From Nymphaea colorata (lineage: Eukaryota), in contig NC_045138.2 of assembly GCF_008831285.2 (NCBI RefSeq), positions 22,258,001 to 22,322,000 of the forward strand: DNA of 64,000 bases, in the 5' to 3' direction. A program made the position numbers and the translations under genes. A model generated the notes under the pieces. It was not told the DNA's origin and searched no databases. It saw only the letters and a program-made list of their open reading frames with translations. Of this stretch, positions 55,351 through 64,000 are shown in pieces; positions within the stretch are counted from its first letter, which is position 1; every line of letters begins with the position of its first letter.

Positions 55351-55529
55351 GCCTCAAGTGGGTGTAGTATAGTTGGTCGAGGCAATGTGCGTATTGACGG
55401 CACATCCCTACTTTGATACCCGTGGGTGCTATTTCCTTGAGCCACTAAAGGCGATCCACTTCTCACCTAGGCTCCGACGTAGCCCAGAACTCCAGAGGCA
55501 AGGGGAATAAGAGAATTGCGGTTTCAAAA
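55351..55529 (+). mobile_element. tRNA-derived SINE (related head)
   Basis: 'gcctcaagtgggtgtagtatagttggtcg...gcacatccctactttgatacccgtgggt' aligns with the head at 38167. Confidence 0.55.
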
Positions 55530-56093
55530 TGATAAATTGTTAACCTCTGGCTCACCTGACTCTACTTACTACGGCTTATCGGATCTGATTATACTAAGGT
55601 GCCTCAGATCAGGCCATTCTAATCTCGAGGGGACAAGGACTACTATCACAGTTGAAGTAATTAAGCAACAGAATTATTAATGGTACAACCATTCAACCAT
55701 TTGTCTCTCACTGTTTCTCTCTCTCACCCCGAGACACACAGTCATTATTTAAGATAGGATGATCTTGTTGAGGGATGGTGTACCTAACATGTATGTGTGC
55801 CAACAAGCTGCGCTCCGCCCCATACTTTTTAAGTCCATGTGGTTCTGTTCTGGCGAAAAGAGGAAGATTTAATTAATATCCGTTCCGGCCAGTTAATCGG
55901 ATCTGTCCAGTCAAGTTCCGGGTCAGCTTCAAACCCGAAGCACTGCAGAACCCGACCCGATCCATTTTTCTTGAAAAGTGTGGAACTACACTTGGTGGTA
56001 GAGATGCCTTTACTCTTTTTCTTTTTTTCTCATGTTCTTAATTAGCAAGGTTGTTTCTGGACGTAGGTCAGAAATGAGACACCTGTCAACTAA

Positions 56094-56169
56094 AGTATAA
56101 CGGGTTCGTTATTGGCTCATCAGTTCGGTGGAGTATAACGGGTTCGTTATTGGCTCATCAGTTCGGTGG
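56094..56169 (+). repeat. Perfect 38-bp tandem duplication
   Basis: agtataacgggttcgttattggctcatcagttcggtgg occurs twice in tandem. Confidence 0.95.
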
Positions 56170-57018
56170 AGCAAAACACCTCGAACCGTAACCTATAAGT
56201 TTCATGAACACTACCCAAAACTTTTTCTAGCTTTAAAAACGGAAAAAAATCAGAATGAGGTATTTAGTAATAGGAATTCTGGATAATGCAATGTTTCAAA
56301 ATGAATATTGTACGAGCATTTCTGATACTAAACACCCTAAAGAACTAAAGAAAAAAGCAACATGACGATGGCAATCACAAAATTGAAGTATTGAAAACTG
56401 AAAAGATCTGGATAAATTGGGTTTGGATCAGTTAAATGCATCGAGAATCAGATTGGGCACAGTTAAAAATGACGGACATACATGACTATTTGCAGCTATG
56501 CTTTTCCGGTCAAAAAAGCTTGTAGAATGTGCATTAATTGGGTAAAAGGGAAAAAAGAAAAGAAAAAAAAAACCACAGGACCAGATCTAGTCAAATGACG
56601 CATGCATTTAAGAGGTGGGAATCTTGTGTCTTTACCCTGGTTTGGTCTAGTCCAACCATTTCCAATATAATAGTGGGACCTATCAAAAAGTCTGTCAATT
56701 AATGCCCATAATGTTGTAAAAATGGACCCCAAAATGTGACCAATCAAGCCGATTCGCTGGTCGATTTAAGGGTGGCACGTGTCATGCAAGATTTTCTTAT
56801 CTTTTTTCTGGTTTTTTAATATTTTTTATAAAAAATAAAACAATATTTTCTACTAATTCATTATTAATTTAGGCCGTCCATGAATCGGCAGACTGGCAAA
56901 ATCCATTGGTCTTTTTTTATTTTGATTTTATTTTGATAGCACAAGCTCACAGCCTCTTGAGGCATAACAGAATTGGTTTAGTTGGAGAACATGTAAAGGA
57001 AGCGGAAGGACATTCAAA

Positions 57019-57438
57019 TAGGGGTGAAAGCTCGACTCGTTAAAGCTCGACTCATGAATGAGTTTGAGTCGAGTCATTTGCTTAATGAGTCAAGTTCAAG
57101 TTCATGAGTCGACTCGTTCAAATAATCGAGTTGGGTTTGAGGTCAACACGTGACTGTCGAGTAGAGCTTGAGCCTTAATCAAGTCGATATATTCAAACAA
57201 GTTTACGAGTTTGTTGAGTGTTAATCGAGTCGATCTCGAGCTCAACGCGTAACGATGAATATCAATTCTATTCAAATGAGGTTGCTGAGTCATAATCGAG
57301 TCGAGCTGGAACTCAACACGTAATTGCTAGGTTGAGCTCGAGCTGCTTCCGTCAAGCTATTCTTGAGCTCGAGGTTTCATTAGTCGAACCTAGCTTGACT
57401 CAGGCTCAAGTGCTCAACTCCACTCGTGTTCACCCCTA
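57019..57438. mobile_element. hAT-type MITE (taggggtgaa / gagtcgagc family)
   Basis: TIRs taggggtgaa and ttcaccccta, internal gagtcgag/ctcgac repeats, and a degenerate TSD cattcaaa/cgttcaga. Confidence 0.85.
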
Positions 57439-58479
57439 CGTTCAGACCTCTTTTGGGCTAGTCTCCCACTGGGCCGGATAACACAACGTCATAGGAATGA
57501 GACGGTGATCTGTTGGAAAAATAGACCGTGAAGAATTCAGAGTCAACATTATTGGGCATTTAAAGCAGCGCGTAAGTCTGCTGCAGTTTAATAGTTTCAC
57601 ACTTCACTTGAATGCCGCATTTCCAAAGCCCCAACTTTTTGCGTCAAAGGATCTGAAGTTGGCAACCAGAGCAGGAAAAAATAATAAAAAAGGAAAGAAA
57701 AAGAAAGCATCAAACTTCTTTTTTCTACTCACTGCATCCCGCTCCTGCTCTTATTGGAGAGTACGCATTCTAAATAAAATAAATCCAAAAGAAGCTTTAA
57801 TTAGTCTTCTTTCTTCTTTTTGCAGACAAGAGCTGCCTAATTCAAGTGGCTGTACCGTTGTTTAACTCATTTCCAAATATAAAATGAGAAAAAGATGGAA
57901 ATCAACAAACAAGGCAAAAAAAAAAAAAGCAACCAAAAGAAAATGGCAAGAGATATTGCTTATTGATTACATGTGAAGTGCGCCAGCCAATTGTTTTATT
58001 TTCTAGGGCTTATGTACATAGAACAAAGGATAAAATATAAATGAATTAAATAGAAGATGGTCCCCCGATCTCCATATTAATTAGTGTTCCCTATAAGACA
58101 TGGCTCTGATTAAACAAAAATAAAATTGTCATTCTCAGCAACAATCGAGAAATCTCATATGGTACTTTCCATTTGGGCCTTCAATGCGCAAATAGTAAAT
58201 GTGGGGCTCGGTCTTCCCCACCAAAGCAGGAAAAAGGAAGCAATAGAAAAAGGGTAAATACGTGGGTTGGGCTTCTTCATCGGGCTTGAAGTTGAAGGTG
58301 AAGGCTGCATCATCCCTGTGTGTGCAGGAAGAGTGGATTTGGCTACGAGGACTGGATGATCCGCTACCTGATGTTACGCCGAGAAGATGCAACGCATGTT
58401 GATGCTGACTTGCTTTTAAAACCCTAACTAGCCGCTGATGCATCGGACAGAAGCAAGAGAGATGGATGGCAATGTTTTT

Positions 58480-58859
58480 CTCAGTTATAATAGGTGAACT
58501 TGAAAAAAATGGAAAAAATATGGTAATTTTTTAAAAATTTTAAAACACTAAAAATAAAGAAAAAATAAAATAATTGAGAAACTAATAACACAAACATCAC
58601 AAGATTTATAGATTTGCAACAAATAGAAAATAGAAAATAGAAAATAGAAAATGAAAAAAAAAAAGAAAACAGTTTGACATTAAAAAAACTGAAAAAAATG
58701 AAAAAAGTGAAAAAAAGCGAAAAAATGCGTAACGTGTTTTTTTCAGTTTTAATTTTTTTTAAAAAAAATGTGTTTTTTTTTTAGTTTCAATCGACCATTT
58801 AATTTATTGCGTTTTTTTCGCATTTTTCCCCCCAAAAAAACGTGTTATCTATGACTATG
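58480..58859. mobile_element. AT-rich MITE with A-rich left half and T-rich right half
   Basis: Ends cagttataatag and ctatgactatg; aaaaaagcgaaaaaatgcg is mirrored by gcgtttttttcgcattttt. Confidence 0.55.
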
Positions 58860-59561
58860 CTATAAAGCGTTGTTAATAAAGTTTCAACATAAATATTTTA
58901 AAATTAAAATAAGTAAATACAGAAATGATTTTTCTAAAGTATGTGCCTTTGCATAGGCGTTTTTTCATGAAATGATATGCTTTGAAGGAGTTTGTTTAGT
59001 TTTAAAAGTTGCGAATGTTTGGGGGTTTTCATGAAGGGTTTTGTCCTTCCAATATTTATAAATTAGGGTCTTTAGCTTTCTGTCTGGCATTGGCAATTTG
59101 AGTGAACATCTTTTGTTTAATAGAACTCTTTTGTGTTTTCAAGACAGATCTCTTGAGGTGTTAGCCTAGTTGTAACTTGAGAATGCAGTCTCTTCATCTC
59201 TTTTTCTAAAGAATGCAACCTTCTAGATGTGCCTCTAAGCTTTTATACATTTTCCATTTTCTTATAATTTGCACCAACAAGTGTATGGTTCACATTAACG
59301 AGGTAACTCATCCATTGACCTGATCTACATTTACGTCTTCATGGTTATCTTTTTTTGGGTTCGCCCACATCCTAGACTGAAGCCTGAAGGCCCTTCCATT
59401 CCACTTACCTTCGAGATCCTGGACTGTATTGGGACCTGGGAATGGTACAATACACCTTTCTGCTCGAGTGTTGAGATCCCACTGTATACGGTCAATGAAA
59501 GTAGCACATGCAATGTACCACATGCAAAGCTTGCTTGCCCGACCAACTACACCACTTGAAG

Positions 59562-59963
59562 CAGATTGTCACATATTCATATTTGAATATGAATAAAGAA
59601 AAGTTCAATATAGCAAATCTGAATCTGATTTTTATATTCATAAAACCAATTTGACTTTTATTTTCACATCCGATTCTAACTTACACAATGGAATCCGAAT
59701 CCCACTTGATATGTTAGAAACCAACTTTCAAAATGTATATGCATTAGATGTACGATATATATTTGAAACTCAACCTGAATCTGAACTCCGACCTGATCGG
59801 AACGGATAATCATTCAAAGCAGAATCTTAATCCCACCATATATCAATTTTTAAATCTGTATCTGATCTACATTCTCAATCAGATGCTAAATTTTTTCAAA
59901 AACCAACATTTTTTAATCAGTTCCTTCAGATATGCCATTTGAATTTGATTCATACACATCTGT
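59562..59963. mobile_element. Older copy of the atccga-repeat MITE family
   Basis: Ends cagattgtca and acacatctg, with repeated tctgaatc/atccgaat motifs. Confidence 0.6.
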
Positions 59964-60816
59964 AGACGCAGCAACTATAAACAAAAGATGGGGCTGCCTT
60001 AGCAGCAGTGTTGCCAATGACAACAATGGCAACAAATCTACAAGCTAGGCAGTATAGCCATGCCCTGCTGTCTCTATTCTCTCTCGAAGATGCTGGTTTA
60101 GGCTCATTATCATCATCCTCCTCTCTCTCGATCTCTCATGCCATGGCTCAAACCATTGCCAGCCAACACCCACTTTAGTACTAAAGAAGGAAATGTGTAA
60201 ATAAATATTGATCCAAATGTCTTAAAATATTTGGAAAAATATGTAAAATTGTTGCAACTATTACCACTCCTTGCCCACGTATGTACTCTGATGCAGATAT
60301 GAGTTGTAATCTCCAATCCAAGGAAGGTGTTATGATCACTTTAATGTATTAATACAAACTTATGGCAAACTCTCGCTTAAAAAGGCAAAAAAGAGCAAAG
60401 AGAGGCTTGTAGGCATGGATGTAGATGTACAAAGAGTGAAACATGTTAAATGTGTGCCCATTATTCCATTATATCAAGATTTATAACTGAGGCGGCTTTG
60501 ATTTACCTCCTTCGCTTTTCCCAAACCCAGCACAACTTCTCCCACAGGCAAAGAAAGTTGTTTACAACTAACAGGATGAAATGAACTTTCCTACCATCTT
60601 CATCCTGGCTCCAAAGAAACGACCTACGCAACAACTTTAATTTCTATAAGACTTTTATTGGACACTTGAACCACCAATGGCGGAGGCACATGTGGGCGTG
60701 TATGGGCAATTGCCTACACAGGCCCACATAGATTATATATTTACATATTATTTTCTCATAAAAATTTAATTATTTACATGTTACATGCCATTTAAAAATA
60801 TAATTTAAAGCATTAG

Positions 60817-61735
60817 TGCTCCTCAAAAGAAAAAAAAAAATTTCTAGCTACGACTCTGCTGATACCATGAATCAATACACACTTACACGAGGGCTACAAT
60901 GACATGCCTAATCTCCCAAAGAGAAGTTTTTGCTTCCATCCAACTAGTCTTCTTTTAACATGAAGTAAAAGAACATCCCATTGCATCCCTTTTAGTATTC
61001 CAACCAGGGACAAAGGAAGGCCTAAATATTTAGTAGGAAAGAAATCACTTTTCGAGTATAATCAGTAATAACCTTTCTCTTAGCTAGGAGTGAACAATGA
61101 GTCTCCATTCGTTAAAGGTCAGCTTGTGAACGAGTTCGAACCGAGTCATTTGCTTAACGAGTTGACTTTGAGTTTATGAGTCGACTCGTTCAAATAATCG
61201 AATTGAGTTCGATCTCAACACGTAATTGCTAGGTCGAGCTCAAGCCTTAATCGAGTTTGTCGAGCCTTAATGCTTTGCTCCTCAAAAAAAAGAAAAAAAA
61301 AATTCTAGCTTCGCCTCTGCTGATACCATGAATCAATACACACTTACACAGAGGGCTACAATGACATGCCTAATCTCCTGAAGATAAGTTTCTGCTTCCA
61401 TCCAACTAGTCTTCTCTTAACATGAAGTACAAGAACATCCCATTGCATCTCTTTTAGTATTCGAACCAGGGGCAAAGGAAAGCCCAAATATTTAGTAGGA
61501 AAGAAATCACTTTTCGAGTATAATCAGTAATAACCTTCCTCTTAGCTAGGAGTGAACAATGAGTCTCGACTTGTTAAAGCTCGGCTCGTGAACGATTTCG
61601 AGACGAGTCATTTGCTTAACGAGTTGAGCTTAAGTTTATGAGTCGACTCGTTCAAATAATTGAGTTGAGTTTGAGCTCAACATGTAACTACTTTGTCGAG
61701 CTCGAGTCTTAATCAAGTTTGTTGAGTCCTAATCA
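60817..61735 (+). repeat. Tandem duplication, 2 x about 460 bp
   Basis: 'tgctcctcaaaa...ctctgctgataccatgaatcaatacacacttacac...' occurs at 60817 and 61276 and stays colinear into the MITE. Confidence 0.92.
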
Positions 61736-61939
61736 AGTCGATATATTCAAACGAGTTTACAAGTTTGTCGAGCATTAATCGAGTCGAGCTTAAGCTCAAC
61801 ATGTAACTGCCGAGTCGAGCTCGAGATGCTTTTGTCGAGCTATTATCGAGCTCGAGCCGAGTCGAGCTCGAAGTTTCATTAGCTTAGCCGAGTTCGAGCT
61901 GACTGAATTCGGGCTCGACTTGGCTCGTGTTCACCCCTA
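61547..61939. mobile_element. hAT-type MITE (same family as 57019)
   Basis: Ends taggagtgaac and gttcaccccta, TSD ctcttagc/ctcctagc. Confidence 0.85.
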
Positions 61940-64000
61940 CTCCTAGCCCAATCATATTCCACAGTGAACAAAAATATCAATGTTTTGGATTTATTAGTTC
62001 TCAGCTATCCCAACAATGTCTTCATAACTTGCAACAGCTTCAAAGGAGTAGAGACAGATTTTTGTTTTATCCATCCCTACAGAAAATTATCACTGCAGCG
62101 TTTTTGAACTACCCTCTCTAGTTCTAGGATGTGCAATAGCTAGCTAGTTTTTAAACATGATGAACTTCTGTGGTCGAATGAAGTTAGCAACTGTCACAAA
62201 AGGTTTATTAAAAAATGTAGAAGGTGACGTTCTTGAACTTGAGACAGATCAATTGGTTCCATCTATTATGCACATCTGGCCGCCAATTAAGAAAAAGAGA
62301 AGGCTATTTCACCTACTCTTGATTAAGAGGACTGTCCAACCTAACTAATTGGTCGAGCAAACCTTCCTAACTTAAACCACTTAGCGACCAATTAAGAGAA
62401 AAAGAAAAGACTATCCCACCTACCCTTGATTAAGAGCGGTGAAATAACCCTTATCTAAACTTCCAAGCAAGTTTTTATCATTATTTGTTTTAAAGATGAG
62501 GAGCTCTCCAAAGATCTGAATCTTGGGCGAACATGAACACGGTATATCTAAACTTGTGTAACTCCTCATCCCTTCTTCTTTCTGATCGTTTTTATGTGTA
62601 ATTCTTTCATCCCAACTAGTTTACATTTTATAACCAAACCAATTCTTACCAATTCGTTCAAGAAAGAGGATAGCCTGATTGCTGCTTTTTTGGAATCGAG
62701 CATGTCACGACGCGTGGAAAAGTGAGAGACACGATTTATGGTCACCAATACAAAGGGACCACACTATGAGCATTTTTTTTATTTAGCATCAAGCTTTTCT
62801 AATATTTCAAATAAGACGCGCGTCTAAAAATATTGAAGCAGGCGGGCGGTAGATTGTCCATATTGCAGATGTCCATCACCACTCTTGCTTAGCGATTTAT
62901 CCAGTGTATATTTCGATATATAAATAAATTTTTTTTCGCAAAACTATCAATATAAAATATAAAAAAAATTTTGATTCCGCTCCGCGTGACAATTGCCCAC
63001 AGGTAACCTATACCTCCATCTGCCTCTACGTGTTCCTCATTGCTTGTAAGTTCAAAAGATCCTTAATTTGCTTTCTTTTTCTATTTAGTGATCTAAGTTT
63101 ATGAGAATTTTCAATAAACACATGCAACAAAGAGTTTACTGCAGCAAAATGGTAAACTGTCTTTTTCTATTCATTCTTTTCATTAACCTTACCACCCATT
63201 ATACCCACAAGTATTCGTATGTTTTTTTAATGTTTAGTTAAAGGAAACCCCTTTTAACCTAAAATTTCTAAGGCCATACTCTTATACCTCCAAGATTCTC
63301 TTAGAAATCCGGTTTCTGTTTAATTTTATTAATTTAACCTTTTTCCACTGTTTGGGTGTGAAAAGCTACATAATTTGACAGGCCATGAGAAAAGTTAGGT
63401 GTTGGTGTGGGATCAATTAGGAATCAAAGCTTTTGCATGTCATTAAATGTCAGGTAGATGAACGATGGCTTTCTTCATAACCGCTGCAGTAATATATTCT
63501 GGTCACTAAAAAGAAAAGATTCTTGAGATCGAAGATTTTTTTTTTTTTTTGGGTATAAAAAAACTGGCTAGGCGCAGTGGCAAGCCCGCATAAAACAGAT
63601 TTTCTAATCAAGTAGCCTTCCTGGATTTTTAGTTTACGACAAATTGTGTAAGAAAATTAAATTTCTCCATTTTTGGTATCTTGCCAAGACAAAAAATGTG
63701 GGATATAAAGGTAGATGTTTTGGCAGGTAGGAATTTAACAGGGGACATATGTCAGATTGGACACACCCAAAACAACAAATAATGGGGCACTATGTCTTTT
63801 TACACTTTCCTACCAAATGAATAAGTACACAAATGATTTTACATATTTGTAAAAGGAGATGGGTTGAAAGTGAAACATATATGGGTAGGTAAGTAGGGAT
63901 GTTCATGAGACGAGTTCGAGCCCAGCTGTCCGAACTCGGCTCAAGTACCAAAATGCTCAGGTCAAGCTCGAGTAGACTTAGAGTTTTCTAGCTTGAGCTA

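Noticed and set aside
56094..56169. 38-bp direct repeat as a possible CRISPR-like array
   Set aside because: Only two adjacent copies, no spacer, and a eukaryotic context.
60050..60170. Partial resemblance to miR164 or miR171 sequences
   Set aside because: Too many mismatches and no complementary star arm found.
1..64000. A functional gene cluster or novel system linking BTB, PKP1 and DUF547
   Set aside because: The three genes have no known shared pathway and are separated by TE-rich spacers. Sharing a strand is not evidence of a cluster.

Overview
This is plant (angiosperm) nuclear genomic DNA: AT-rich and dense in transposon remnants. Three intact multi-exon protein-coding genes, all on the minus strand, were reconstructed from GT..AG splice sites with consistent phases. 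(1) A GC-rich 2-exon BTB/POZ protein of the At1g63850/At5g60050 type (5091-7057). (2) A 6-exon plastid pyruvate kinase alpha/isozyme A (28632-34951). (3) An 11-exon DUF547 protein with a MIP1-type leucine zipper (42760-53425). The intergenic and intronic space holds a decayed CACTA transposase, Copia RT/RNase H remnants, a complete TRIM, a PIF/Harbinger non-autonomous element inside a tRNA-derived SINE, many hAT-type MITEs (some nested), a plastid rps4 fragment just upstream of the pyruvate kinase, and several local tandem duplications. I found no convincing previously undescribed biological system. The best leads are regulatory or evolutionary: candidate WRI1 AW-boxes and the rps4 insertion in the kinase promoter, nested elements, duplications at element ends, and an unexplained chimeric block at 21.4-24.1 kb. 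Family assignments come from recalled motifs, not database searches.
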